A stretch of DNA of 64,000 nucleotides from contig NC_042999.1 in the NCBI RefSeq assembly GCF_006345805.1, positions 12,400,001-12,464,000 on the forward strand. Direction: 5' to 3'. The translations under genes were made by a program, and so were the position numbers. Shown piece by piece: positions 13,126 to 26,425 of the stretch. The notes under the pieces are model-generated. The model did not search any database. It was not told the DNA's origin and was given only the letters and a program-made list of their open reading frames with translations. Origin of the DNA: Octopus sinensis. Its lineage: Eukaryota. Numbering within the stretch: the stretch's first letter is position 1; each line of letters opens with the position of its first letter.

Positions 13126-13179
13126 CTACCTGTACCCTATTAGCTACCTGTACCCTATTAGCTACCTGTACCCTATTAG
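13126..13179. repeat. 18-bp minisatellite x3 (CTACCTGTACCCTATTAG)
   Basis: Three exact copies. Confidence 0.9.
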
Positions 13180-13259
13180 CATAGTGTACCTGCATACTCA
13201 TGCCTAGGGATGGCATAGGTAACTGATACTGATAGTAAATACAGATATTATATAGCCAC

Positions 13260-13625
13260 AAGAGTAGCTGTGTGGTAAGAAGCTTGCTTCCCAACCACAT
13301 GGGTCTGGGTTCAGTCCCACTTTGTAGCATTTTGGGCAAGTTTCTTCTGCTAAAGCCTCAGAGCAACCAAAGCCCTGTGAGTGGATTTGATAGATGGAAA
13401 CTGAAAGAAGCCCGTTGTATATATGTATATGTTTGTGTGTCTGTCCCCCCACCATTGCTTAATAACAGATGTTGTGTTTGCGTCCTCGTAACTTAGCATT
13501 TTAGCACAAGAGAACAATAAAATAAGTACTAAGCTTACCAAGAATAAGTCCTGGGGTCGATTTGTTCAACTAAAGGCGATCCTCTAGCAGGGCCGCTGTC
13601 AAATGACTGAAACAAATAAAAGAGT
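13260..13625 (+). mobile_element. Octopus-type tRNA-derived SINE
   Basis: gctgtgtggtaagaagcttgcttcccaaccacatg...gaaactgaaagaagcccg...aaatgactgaaacaaataaa. Confidence 0.8.
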
Positions 13626-13739
13626 AATATATATATATGTATATGATGGTTGCTGCTGTCAGTTTCGACATGTAAGTGTTTGGAGGAGAAGCTGCATCTG
13701 TTTGTGCTGGATGCGTGAATATAATTTGAGTCCAGGAAT

Positions 13740-14570
13740 GGATTTTACTCTGAAGTCGCAGTGGAGACATTGATGAATTTTATTTTGCCTGGGATTGAAC
13801 AAATGTGTCTGTTGGTTGCAGGATATAATTCTTCCAAAACTGGACTTCCTGATAAAATGATAAGGGCAATAGTATCCTTGCATAAAGGAACAATGGCAAC
13901 AGTGACATGTAGCAGTAAATGTTCAGAGGTATTTTCGTTGTCTCTTGAATCCAACAGGGATGTGTTTTAGCTCCAGTACTTTTTTCCATATTCTCGTCAG
14001 TGATGCTCCAAAATGCTTTCAGGGTTTACCATGAAGGTGTAAAGTTCTGTTAAACCTGAAAAGGCTAAATTTCCGATCAAAGAAAAAGACTAAGGAAGAG
14101 ATGCCATGTGGCTTTATGTTTGCTTATGATTGTACTTTGATTCTCACACATTTCAGGGAATTCAGGAAATGGTCGACAGGTTTGCTGCAGCGGCTTGTGT
14201 ATTTGGATTGACCAGCAGTGCTGTTTGCACAACACGTGCAGCATAAAATAGCAAGATAAGTTATCCAGTGCCAAAGTCTTAGAAAAATGGGATGTTTCTC
14301 ATATCCAAAGCATGCTGATGAGAATTCAGTGCAGATGGGGGGGGGGGCATGTTGTTTGAATGACAAATGACTGCATTCCAAAAATTCTTTTATGTGGCCA
14401 ACAAGTGGCGGGATATCATGGCAAAGGAAGACCTCTCCTTAGGCATAAGGATAAGTTGAAGCAATAATTAAAATCTCTACAGCTTAACCTGATATCTTAG
14501 AAAAGTCATTGCCTAGATCTATCTGCTTAGTGTAAAATGTGTCATGATGCAACCAAACAATTTGAGTTGA
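13740..14570 (+). mobile_element. Old degenerate RTE/BovB-like LINE fragment
   Basis: GLPDKMIRAIVSLHKGTMATV...QQGCVLAPVLFSIF-like RT remnant with many breaks. Confidence 0.6.
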
Positions 14571-14582
14571 AGAAAAAGAACA

Positions 14583-16247
14583 ATGCCGTCAGTAAGGTGA
14601 GTGTAGGCAACAAGTACAGTGAAGAATTCCGGGTAGAGGTAGGGGTCCACCAAGGATCAGTCCTCAGCCCCCTCTTATAATCCTTCAGGCAATATCAGAG
14701 GAATTCAAGACAGGATGCTTCTGGGAGCTTCTCTATGCTGATAACCTTGCTCTAATTGCTAAGTCAATATCAGAACTGGAGGAGAAGTTTCAAGTGTGGA
14801 AGCAAGGATTAGAATTGAAGGGCCTTAGAAACAACCTAGCAGAAACCAAAGTCTCAATAAGTAGGAAGGCAGACAAACTACAAATCTCTTCAGGTAGATG
14901 GCCCTGCTTGATCAGTAGAAAAGGCATAGGTAAAAACTCTATAAGATGTACCCAGATAAAGCAATGGACACATAAGAGATGCAGTAGTATCAAAGGAAGG
15001 CTAACTGGGAAGATAGTTTTTGTATGTGGCAGATGCTCAGGAGCAATAAATAAAACTGAAAATGTGCAGAGAATAACTTCTGCCACATTCCAGGGAGAAA
15101 AACTAGAAGTAGTTGATAGCTTCCATTACCTAGGTGACAAAGTCAGTAGCAAGGGTGGGTGCACTGAAAGTGTAACTGCTAGAATAAGAATAGCCTGGGC
15201 TAAGTTCAGAGAGCTCTTACCTCTGCTGGTGACAAAGGGCCTCTTGCTCAGAGTAAAAGGTAGACTGTATGATGCATGTGTGCAAACAGCCATACTACAT
15301 GGTAGTGAAACATGGGCTATGACTGCTGAGGACATGCATAAGCTTGCAAGGAATGAAGCCAGTATGGTCCACTGGTTGTGTAATGTCAGTGTGCATTACT
15401 CGACAGAGTGTTAGTGCTTTGAGAGAAAGGTTGAACTTAAGAAGCATCAGATGTGGTGTGCAAGAGAGACGACTGCGCTGGTATGGTCATGTGTTGCGAA
15501 TGGATGAAGATAGCTGTGCGAAAAAATGCCACACCCTAGTGGTTGAGGGAACCTGTGGAAGAGGTAGACCCAGGAAAACCTTGGACGAGGTGGTGAAACA
15601 TGATCTTTGAACATTAGGCCTCCCCAAGGCAATGACTAGCTACCGAGACCTTTGGAAATATACTGTGTGAGAAGACCCAGCAGGACAAGTGAGACCATAA
15701 CCCATGGCCTTTACCAGGATGTAGCCAGCCCACTTATGCATACCTTTCCTTCTTTGGACACAAAACCCTGCTTGCGAAGACCTATTGGGGCAAGTGAAAT
15801 TGAAATTGAACCAAATTTGATGACTGGTACACATACCAGTGGAGCGCTAACAGCTCCATCCAAGTGGGATCACTGCCAGAACAGCTGTCTGGCACGTAAA
15901 GTGCACCATTTGAGCGTGATCATTGTCAGCATCGCCTCACTGGCACTTGTGCCAGTAGCACGTGAACAAAACATTTGAGCGATGTCGTTGCCAGTGCTGC
16001 TGGACTGACTCCTGTGCAGGTGGCACGTAAAAAACACCATTTTTGAGCATTGCCAGTACCACCAGACTGGCACTTTAAAAGCACCCACTACACTCTCGGA
16101 GTGGTTGGTGTTAGGAAGGGCATCCAGCTGAAGAAACTTTGCCAGATCAGATTGGAGCCTGGTGTAGCCATCTGGTACGTCAGTCCTCAGTCAAATCGTC
16201 CAACCCATGCTAGCATGGAAAGTGGACGTTAAACGATGATGATGATG
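14583..16247 (+). mobile_element. 5'-truncated RTE LINE copy (RT C-half, PHD insert, 3'UTR, tail)
   Basis: ORFs 14794-15414 and 15344-15610 (RLRWYGHVLRM, GRGRPRKT); ends catgctagcatggaaagtggacgttaaacg(atg)n. Confidence 0.92.
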
Positions 16248-16251
16248 ATAT

Positions 16252-16945
16252 ATGTGCCACACCCTAGCAGTTGAGGGAACCTGTGGAAGAGGTAGACACA
16301 GGAAGACCTGGGATAGGTGGTGAAGCATGACCTTTGAACATTAGGCCTCACTGAGGCAATAACTAGTGACCGGGACCTTTGGAAATATGCTGTGCTTGAG
16401 AAGACTCAGCAAGCTCAAGTGAGACCATAACCTTGTAGCCTATGCCAGGGGTGTAACCAGCCTACTTAGGCATGCCTTTCTTTCATTGGACACTAAACTC
16501 TGCTTGCGAAGACCTGTTGAGGCAAGTGAAATCGAAATCAAAATCAAATTCGATGACTGGCATCTGTGCAAGTGGAGCGCTAAGAGCACCATCCAAGTGT
16601 GATCGCTGCCAGTGCAACAAGCCGGCCTCTGTGCTGATGGCACATAAAAAACACCATTGGAATGTGATTGTTACCTGTGTCGCCTTACTGGCACTTTTGC
16701 TGGTGGCACGTGAAAAAACATTTGAGCGAGGTCATTGCCAGTGCCGCTGGACTGGCTCCTGTGCCGGTGGCATGTAAAAGCACCCACTACAATCTCAGAG
16801 TGGTTGGCGTTAGGAATGGCATCCAGCTGTAGAAACACTGCCAGATCAGATTGGAGTCTGGTGCAGCCATCTGGTTCGCCAGACCTCAGTCAAATCGTCC
16901 AACCCATGCTAGCATGGAAAGCAGACGTTAAACGATGATGATGAT
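16252..16945 (+). mobile_element. Second RTE 3'-end copy directly after the previous tail
   Basis: CHTLAVEGTCGRGR remnant, 3'UTR repeats and (ATG)n tail. Confidence 0.88.
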
Positions 16946-17369
16946 AATATATATACACATGTCAAACACTTATGTGGTCTTCTCTATCTGGCACAACTCT
17001 GGAACCAAGCAATTATAGTGATTCTGAGCAAATTCCAAATAGATTATTGCCATGTTATTAATAACTGTTTAATTTTTAAGCCTTTTGTTTTTCTTTTTTC
17101 TAGAAATGTGTTAAAGATAGCAGTCATATCTTCCTCAAATAAAAGAGAGCATATAACATTGTCTAAAGTGCACTAAATCAGGGGAAAATGTGGAATGGTT
17201 ATAGTTAAAAAGCTTTTGAGTAAAGGTTTACTCATCCTGAACTGACCCAGGGTTAAACAAAAGCAATTATGTAGTATTTAATAATTAGTTGTGCAACTGC
17301 ATTTTCAAGTAAATGGCGGTATTTTGCTGAACCTCAAATTATTCTAAAAGGATATGAACAAAAAAGGGG

Positions 17370-17730
17370 AACGGAAAAATCCTCTGAAACTTTGACCTCC
17401 AGACAGACAAGGTGTTAGAGCACCAAAGGCCAGATATAGTAACCTTTAGGAGGGACAGGCAAGAGTGCCTAATAATTGATGTGGCAGTGCCAGGAGATCA
17501 ACATATTATCATGAAAGAAAGAGAAAAGATTGATAAATATGGAGACCTAAGAATACCAAGATGTGGCAGCTACGAGAGTCAAACATAAAGGTTGTCCCTA
17601 TTGTCATTGGAGCATTGGGTTCAATACCAACCAACCTGAAGAAACATCGGAAAACTGTAGAAATACCCTACAATCTAGGTGTATTGCAAAAGTTGGCATT
17701 ACTTGGAACTGCACACATATTGCGTTAACT
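17370..17730 (+). mobile_element. R4/Dong-like non-LTR remnant (restriction-like endonuclease)
   Basis: KIL*NFDLQTDKVLEHQRPDIV...IIDVAVPGD...EKIDKYGDL...VVPIVIGALG...LQKLALLGTAHILR. Confidence 0.8.
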
Positions 17731-19047
17731 ACTGTCAGTCTGAGGTCTTTGTTGTGACTTGACAGACAGTACAAACCCCCTGGTAGACACAATATCTTCA
17801 ATCAACAACCTCACAATATTGGATTCTGTGCAACATCTTAAATAATATTAACATATACTGCAAAAACACTCTGCAGACTGCGATAGTCAATAAAATAGAA
17901 TCAAAATTCAAAAATTTATTACTTCTGTGCGGCCTGGAACCATATGATTCACAGCCCGCTGGTTGGGGAGCCTTGCTATGTTGCTATTAATATCAGGACT
18001 ATGAAATATAATGATTACATTCCTAATTCATTTGAGAAAAGTATCTCTATTAACACAAAGCGCGACGGGCCACGATCGTGGCCGTCAGGTATAGGTCGAC
18101 AGGCCACGAATGTGACCCAGATAGATGCGTTTAATTTATGGGCATTTGTTGGGGGTCTAATGTCACTCAGACGCTCCGATACCCACCCAGAATGCAAGAG
18201 GACTAATAGTTCAACTAATGACTTTTCAGATGATGTAAAACTTGCCACCATTATATACTAAAAAGATATTTTAACTATTTTTTGTGTGCATGGTAGTCTC
18301 ATTTTCATAAAATGTGCTCAGCAGTCCATGCTATGTAAGTGCAAGTCCCAGCCCTTTATGGGTTAATTTTTCAATAGAGGTTAGAGCTATTAACAACAAA
18401 TGCACGGGTCAATTACTTTCTGCGTAATTATGGCCTTTTTGCCATCAAATACTTTCATGTTTAGACCTGGAAAGTACCTGATTTTGATAAGGAATCATAT
18501 TTGTTTTCTCAGATTCCCTCTATGTTCCTCAATGAATGTTATGAAATCAATAAAGTGGAGGCGCTTGAACGAAAATGGGCTCGGTTCGTTTTATTGCTCA
18601 TCTTACTCATTAGGAATTCTAAGAGGATTGAGGATTCTGTTGACCGACTCATGATATGAGCAGATATTTGTCATGGATTGTGAATTAGCAGAATCAAGTT
18701 TTTACACATCCCAAGTTCGAATTCAACCATAGTGGACTTCTTTTTCATTTTTTTTATGGTCGCCAAAAAAAAAACTATCGAACAAAAACCGAGCCTTCCG
18801 TTGAAATCATTAATTACCATTGTCTTGAAATCATTCGGTTGAAATCATTAATTACCATTGAACAGTCTTGAAAAAAAAAATCTATGTTTTCAGTTACCTC
18901 CCTTGGATTAGCTACTCTCCACACATCAGTTACCTCCCCTATGTTTACCACTCTCCTCGCATGCATTCTTCTTCCCCAGTTTTCATTTCCGACGATCGTC
19001 AATCGATCGATCGATCTCTCTTCGGATCTCTGCCGTCAATCACTGCC

Positions 19048-19100
19048 ATGGCCGATGAACTGGATATCTTATCGAAACTGGAAAGTCTCAAAGAACTCAG
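19048..19100 (+). CDS. ZC4H2: ZC4H2 exon 1 (MADELDILSKLESLKEL)
   Basis: Kozak-like GCCATGG; matches vertebrate MADEQEIMCKLESIKEIR; CAG|GTAATA donor, phase 2. Confidence 0.92.
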
Positions 19101-19199
19101 GTAATAAACATTATCTTTCTTTACACGAAGCTTCTTTTCGAAAATACTGTTTACATTTCCCCTCATCTCCAACGACAACCAATCCATTGCCTGACCATC

Positions 19200-19207
19200 C
19201 CCGACGA

Positions 19208-19242
<35 letters not shown>

Positions 19243-19475
19243 CGTTGCTGGCTTTTATTATTCATTCTCTTCTGCTGACCGTCCACCAGTCAAAAGTCCT
19301 TGACCAACCGACTTCGTTGCGATGAAGTTTCCATCAATGTATGAAAGCCACAACGACTCACCCCCCCCCCCCCCAATAATAAAATGTGCTCTCACTCTCT
19401 CTCTCACTCTCTCTCTCTCTCTCCCCCTCTCTCTCACTCTTTCTCTCTCCCCCTCCCTCTCTCTCTGCCTCTCCT
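19200..19475. repeat. (CT)n-rich microsatellite tracts at the start of ZC4H2 intron 1
   Basis: (CT)n at about 19210-19240 and 19388-19470. Confidence 0.85.
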
Positions 19476-19943
19476 ATTAATTACCTCACAGATATCTGTT
19501 CTGCTTCTCAAGCTTTCTGATTCTGCTGACTTGAAGAATAAATATTTTGAACGATTCAGGATTTATTCTTTTAACATTTGATTTCAAGAAAAGAAAAGAA
19601 ATCAGGAAAACAAAGAATAAGTTGATTTTCTTAAAACCTTTGATGATTCATTTGCTCAAATAAAGTCTTGGTTATTTATCGAAACCGTTTTTGTTTTAAT
19701 TATCTTAAATTTGGCAATAATAATAATAATTTCAAAGAAGAAAAAGAATTTCTTTTATAAAATACTATAATCTGGGAGTTGAGCTGAAATGTCAAAGATA
19801 ACATCGGGAAACGAAGAAAAAGAAATTCTTTTCGTATTGATAGGGATTCGCTACAGACGAAGCAGTTCCGAGTTTGTCGATCGGTTCAATTCCTTGTTAT
19901 AACCATTTATAATGTCTTGGAGCTAACAAAAGAGTCCCTGCAT

Positions 19944-20063
19944 CAGTAGTATAGCTAGGGGTGGGGACAATGGAGGCAGTCCGCCCCCAGCGGCACTTTT
20001 GAGCCTGTATAGAAGATGGCAGTGTGCGGGGCTGCCTGCGGTGGCACACTAGCTATGTCAGTG
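19944..20063. mobile_element. Small hAT-like MITE
   Basis: Imperfect TIRs CAGTAGTATAGCTAG / CTAGCTATGTCAGTG; no clear TSD. Confidence 0.45.
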
Positions 20064-21699
20064 CTCATTCAATGTACGATTTAGGGTTTTAGAAAATCTT
20101 TATTAATTGGTAGAGCATCTTGAATAATATTTTTTTACACAAATGTATAATTAATAAAACGGGTTAATCACTAGTTTTCTGCATTTTAAAAAATTATTTA
20201 AAAAGTATTTTATAAAACTTTCTCTGTGAGATATGTCAGTAGTTATTGTTTGATCTTCAATGCCCCACAACTAGATAAAAGCTTGAGAAACATTGCATCA
20301 AATAGCTAGAAATAGACGTCAAATTCTCATAAATTAAACTACCTTTTTTAAAAGAAAAGAATAGTATATTTACAAAAAGACTAGAATGGTCCCGACTGGA
20401 GCAGCTTTGATCAGAGCTTGTCTAAAACTAAACAGCAGCAATACCGTTGAGACAGTTTTAAGCATGAGATGGATCTCAAATCTCTCTTTGATTAATCATC
20501 ATCGTTTAACGTCCGTTTTCCATGCTGGCATGGGTTGGACGGTTTGACTGGGGACTGGGAAGCCAGGAAGCTGCACCAGGCTCCAATCTGATCTGGCAAT
20601 GTTTGTCCCTGTGTAAGAAATTATTATTTTCAGGCTAAATTAGCGATGGAGCTGGTTTAATGAATGTTATTCACTGGATTAGAGTCTTTTGTTTAGTTTT
20701 GAATTCAAATCCAGCCTGGTTCAACTCTGGAGCTGATATAGTAAATATTCTAGATTTCATAAATAAAAGAGAAAAGAAGAAAATGCATTTTCTTGTCACA
20801 AAAAAATTTTGGTTTTGTTGCTGATTAAAAGAAACCAATACTTTATGGCCAAATGAGCCAATTTATGTTATTGATTTGATTATGGGATCAAAATGCACAG
20901 ATTAATATAGAGAGATATTAAGATATTGAATACATTGGTTTCTAATTTGGCACAAGACTAGCAGGGGAGCGGGGGAGTTGATTACATCAACCCCTGTGTG
21001 CAGTTGGTAAAAAAAAAAAGGTGTCACTAAGCATTTTTCTAGTGCAGTGATGATTCTGCCAGCTCACTACCTTAAATATTAAATGCATTTAGAAATAAGA
21101 TATTAAGATAGAGTACGCAATGTAAAATGGGGGTTAAATGATAAAAAAAAGGGTAGGGTTTGGAGCTCCTTTTAACCGTGTCTTGCTGAGGACTGTTCAA
21201 CCTCTCTATTATTGATGACACAGAAAAATGCACCCAGTTTCATTCTGTAAAGTGGAAGGTGACAGTAAGGGCATCGGGCCATAGAAACTGAGTGAAATGG
21301 CATGTATGAAAACCTGTCTATGGGAGGCTCTCAATAAAAGGTGATTCACTCCATGATGACTTGTCAAATCTTATTACAGCTCAGAAAGTAGACATCGACG
21401 GTTGATGGTGGTGCTGATGATATATTTATGATGGACAGCAACTTTGATGTTTAAAAATGTTTGCATAGAGTTGTAGTGTAGATACAAGTACCTTTCATAT
21501 AATCTTCAACATGACACTGTGATAAGAATCAATGGTTAATCCTTTTCATTACCAACTCACCTGAGATTGAACCTAGTTTTATAAAATGTTCTATCAAAAT
21601 ATTTCACATGAATTATTTTCCAAACTACAGTTTCATAACACCAAATTTTTTTACTAAATACTTTATTTTCAAAATTAATTGAAACGAAGGCATTTCAAA

Positions 21700-22310
21700 T
21701 TTGGTCTAGTCACCTGTATTGTAAACCAGGTAGTTCATGAAGGAGTCATAGCCAATGACAGGCATAGCAGCACCATAGACAATGGTAAAGGTGATGCTTT
21801 AGATAGAAATAGCTACAGGGGTATCAAATTATTGGATCGGGTAATGAAGGTCACGGAGGTCATAGTCTAAATAATTAGGGAGAGAGTCTGCTTAGATGAG
21901 ATGCAGTTCAGTTTTGTGCCAAGTAGAAACACCACTGATGCTATATTCCTGGTAAGGCAACTGCAGGAGAAATACCTAGCCAAAGATAAACTTGGCTTTT
22001 GTTGACTTGGGGACAGCCTTTGACAGGGTCCCCTGATCCTTTATCTGGTGGATGATGTGGAAACTAGGGATTGACAAGTGGTTAATAACAGGGACTCTGT
22101 TTGTATGGTAAGGGTTGGCAATGAGTATAGTGAAGAATTCCAGGTAGAAATAGGGGTTCACCAAGGATCAGCCCCCTCTTATTTCATCATAGTCCTCCAA
22201 GCAATATTAGAGGAATTCAAGACAAGTTGCCCCCAGGAGCTCCTCTATGAGAAGAAATGAAGCTAGTATGATCTGCTAGATGTGTAATGTCAGTGTGCAC
22301 ACACGACATT
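21700..22310 (+). mobile_element. Internally deleted RTE fragment
   Basis: GKGDALDRNSYRGIKLLD...HQGS...ELLY joined directly to RNEASM. Confidence 0.8.
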
Positions 22311-22734
22311 AAATGCTGTGGATTCAGAGTATATATAGATTTATAGGAAAGAATTTTCCCGAGAGGTTGGGGAGAGGAGTTTCGGAAAATTCACATGATC
22401 CAACCTTTTTTATCTTTCAAGAAAATGGATATCTTTTAATGAAATTATATACAAATACCTTTCAAATGGCATAAATGATGATTTTAAAGAAATTTGTGGA
22501 GAAAATTTTTTGGCGAGGGGGTGGGGGAGAGGAGTTTAAAAAAAACATTTGAAATGAAGAAGACCAAATAAGTTAGAATATTGAACAATTAACGGATGTC
22601 ATCTCCAAAGCCCCAAAAGCTAGTGTCTTGTTTATAAGTGACCGTGAAACAGAGTCGAATGCCTTCTCAAAATCTATTAAAAACAACATTACCAGAATGT
22701 CATTTGATTCTGTGTAGTTCATCAGATCATATAC

Positions 22735-23132
22735 TCTACTCTATTACTTGTTTCAGTCATTTGACTGTGGCCGTGCTGGAGCACCACCTTTAGTCAAGCA
22801 AATTGATCCCAGGACTTATTCTTTGTAAGCCTAGTACTTATTCTATCGGTATCTTTTGCCAAACCGTTAAGTTACGTGGATGTAAAGACACCAGCATCGG
22901 TTGTCAAGCGATGTTGGGGGGACAAACACAGACATACAAACACACACACACATATATATATATACATATATATGACAGGCTTCATTCAGTTTCCGTCTAC
23001 CAAATCCACTCACAAGGTTTTGGTCGGCCCGAGGCTATAGTGGAAGACACTTGCCCAAGGTGCCATGCAGAGGGACAGAACCTGGAACCATGTGGTTGGG
23101 AAGCAAACTACTTACCACACAGCCACTCCTAT
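22735..23132 (-). mobile_element. Octopus-type tRNA-derived SINE
   Basis: Reverse complement of the 13260-13625 family, near full length. Confidence 0.85.
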
Positions 23133-23935
23133 GCATATATCAATCTTACGTTGTCCCCAATGTCTCTATTAGATATGAATCCTGTTTGAACAGTACTATT
23201 CAACTTTGGAAGGTTACTTTTCAACCTCTCAGCAATAACAGATGAAAGTAGTTTGTAAGCAGTATTGAGAAGTGAAATAGGTCTCCAGTTCTTCCAAAAA
23301 ATCGCTTGGGCTTATCTCCTTTTGGAATACAGGTAATAACACCTTGCTTCTCTGTCACTGACAGATAACCCTTAGCAAAACAAAATGGAGATAAATCCTT
23401 CAAAAAGAATTTATAAAAATCATAGGTGAATCCATCTGAACCTGGACTTTTATTCTTTGTCTTTTTCAAACTTTTCAAAAGTTCTCCTTTGCTAAGCCTA
23501 TACAGGTTCTCTTCAGAAAAATGTTCATCAAGATCACAAGATTTTAACAGATGTTCCTTAGAAGAATACAATCTTTCGTAAAATAATGTTGCTTCAATAA
23601 CAATATCCTTTGTATTTTCTATAGTAGATCCATTATCTAACTGTAATTGGGCCATGCCTTTATGTACAAAATTCTTATTTTCTAGAAGGCTAACCTTCTC
23701 CCCTTCATCTATCCACTTGGCCTTTGAGCAAATTATAATACCCTCCATTTTTGGCTTTACAAATCCCTTCTAATTCTTTTCTTTTTTCTTCAAGTTTTTC
23801 AATTTCTACCAAATTGGTTTCCAGTTGCTTAATATCATCTAGGAGATCTGTTTTTCTTTTTTTTACTCTAGATTTTTTAAAGAATGAGGTTTTTGAAAGA
23901 GTTTTCCCTCTTAATTACATGAACAGAGTTTCCGA

Positions 23936-24265
23936 CTCGTCTGGCACCTGTGTAGGTGGCACATAAAAAACACCATCCGAGCATGGCCATCTGCCGGCCT
24001 CGTCTGGCACCTGTGTCGGTGGCACATAAAAAACACCATCCGAGCATGGCCGTCTGCCAGCCTCGTCTGGCACCTGTGTCGGTGGCACATAAAATCACCC
24101 ACTACACTCTCGGAGTGGTTGGTGTTAGGAAGGGCATCCAGCTGTAGAAACACTGCCAGATCTGACTGGCCTGGTGCAAGCCTTCGGGCTTGCCAGACCC
24201 CAGTTGAACCGTCCAACCCATGCTAGCATGGAAAGCGGACGTTAAACGATGATGATGATGATGAT
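23936..24265 (+). mobile_element. RTE 3'UTR/tail insertion within the L1, with 63-bp tandem units
   Basis: Units start at 23936, 23999 and 24062; standard tail and (ATG)n. Confidence 0.85.
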
Positions 24266-26114
24266 GAAGTGATCATCTCTACTAAATTCAATCTCAGATA
24301 TACTAATTGAACTAGTATCCCTATCAGGATCTAAAGCAGTGGTGGCGTATTGCTTAACCATGCTGCTGATGGTTTCCTTCACCGCTGAGACGTATTTGGG
24401 ATCTCTTAATTAACGGTACATTGTCTCCTAGATTCCCTGTTGAGTGGGATGTAGACAGGGCGATCCTCTCTCTCCATATATTTTATCCTATGCGTTGAGG
24501 TCCTGGCTGGGCTAATAAGACAAAACCAAGATATTAAAGGAATTACAGTTGATGATGGGGAATATCTGTTGACACAATATGCTGACAATACAGAATTCAT
24601 TTTAGATGGTTCACAAGAGTCTTTTGAAGCTACAGTAGACACCTTGAATTTCTTTGCTGATATATCCGAACTTAAAATTAACTATGATAAGTCTCAGGTG
24701 ATATGGATAGGTTCAAGAAGGGATAGTGTAGTCAGATACCTAATTTGAATATAAAATGGAACCCAAGTCGCTTCAAACTTCTAGGTGTAATATTCTCAAT
24801 AGATTTAAAGGACATGGCCAAAAAGAAGGATCATTTTGCTTTTGTCAAAGGCAGAAATACAATCATGCCAAAAATCATACCTGATAGTGTTAGCGAGTTT
24901 GCTCGGGAAATGTTACAGCAAAATTTTTCAGTTTTGTGGAGGAAGCATGGCATAAGAGTTTCCATTTGGATTCATAGTGAATATCCATCAACTTTCTCAT
25001 CCAGGATATTATTAAAAAGTTGACATAAGCAAAAACTTCTACCATACAAAGTCCACCTTCTTTAACAGGCTTACAAGCAACAATCCTCTTAATTTTTTCT
25101 GGTTTTCCACTACAGAGAAATTTAAATAATATTTTGTTTAGTTCCTGAAGAAATTTAACCGATAGATTTGGTAGAGTAAGGAAGAGGTAGTTCAATTTTG
25201 AAATGAGTAGTGATTTTATAACCACAATTCTACCCATTGGTGTAATTATTCTTTTCATCCAACTATTAATTATTACCTGAATTTCAAATAATTTATTTTC
25301 AAAATTCTACGAAGTTTAAAATTTTTTAGTTACAGAGAAATTAGTTTAAAAATCTGCCAGTCAAAGCAAAAAGATCCAACAAGTTTACAAATAAGAGGGA
25401 GCCTAATTCATAACAGAACCAATTTACTTTAATAAAAACTTAAGGATCGGTAAAGAGGCAATCTTCTTTCCTGCGTGGTTTGCGAGAGGTGTTAGCAAGA
25501 TTCGTGACTTCATCAATTTAGATGGATCTTACCATACCCTGGAAGAATTCCACAATTTATTTTAACTAGATACAAATTTTTTCCAGTATAATGGGCTTAT
25601 CAGGGTGATTAAAAGCTACCAAACAAAGTTAAGAATAAGCAAACCTCCTGCTTTCCAACAATTAGCAGATACTACAGCTATCCGAAAGCTCATGTCTGTT
25701 AGGAAAGGAACCAAACGATACTACTGTGTTTTAAACAATGTTGAGACTTGTTTAATATTCAAACACAAATGGGAAGAGTGTTTGCTTGTTGAACTGGAAT
25801 GAGAAAAAAATATTTTTTCTACAACTGATACTAAGCTATGATGATTCCAGTTTAGAATTATACACAATGTTTTAGCAACTAATTCTCTATTGTTCAAGAT
25901 TAAACTGGCCGAAAGCAACTTGTGCACTTTTTGTCAATGTGAGGTGGAGACGTCGTCACACATTTTCTGGTATTGTGAATGTGTCCAAGTCTTCTGGCAA
26001 CACTTCTTAGATTTGCTGTATAGAAAGTGCACACATGTGCGCAACATGAAACTTGACCACAGCTCATTCTATTCGGACTGAGAAAAAACACACATACTGA
26101 TGGCATCTTTGACT

Positions 26115-26425
26115 TACTCTTTTACTAGTGTCAGCCATTTGACTGTGGCCATGCTGGAGCACCAGCTTTAATCTTGCAAATCAACCCCAGGATTTATTCT
26201 TTGTAAGCCTAGTACTTATTCTATCGGTCTCTTTTGCCAAACCGCTAAGTTACGGGGACTTAAACACACCAGCATCGGTCGTCAAGCGATGTTGGGGTGT
26301 CAAACACAGACACACACATACATATATATATGTACATATACGACGGGCTTCTTTCAGTTTCCGTCTACCAAATCCACTCACAAGGCTTTTGTCGGCCTGA
26401 GGCTATAGTAGAAGACACTTGCCCT
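26115..26425 (-). mobile_element. SINE inserted in the L1 C-terminal region
   Basis: Same family as 22735-23132, 5'-truncated. Confidence 0.8.
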
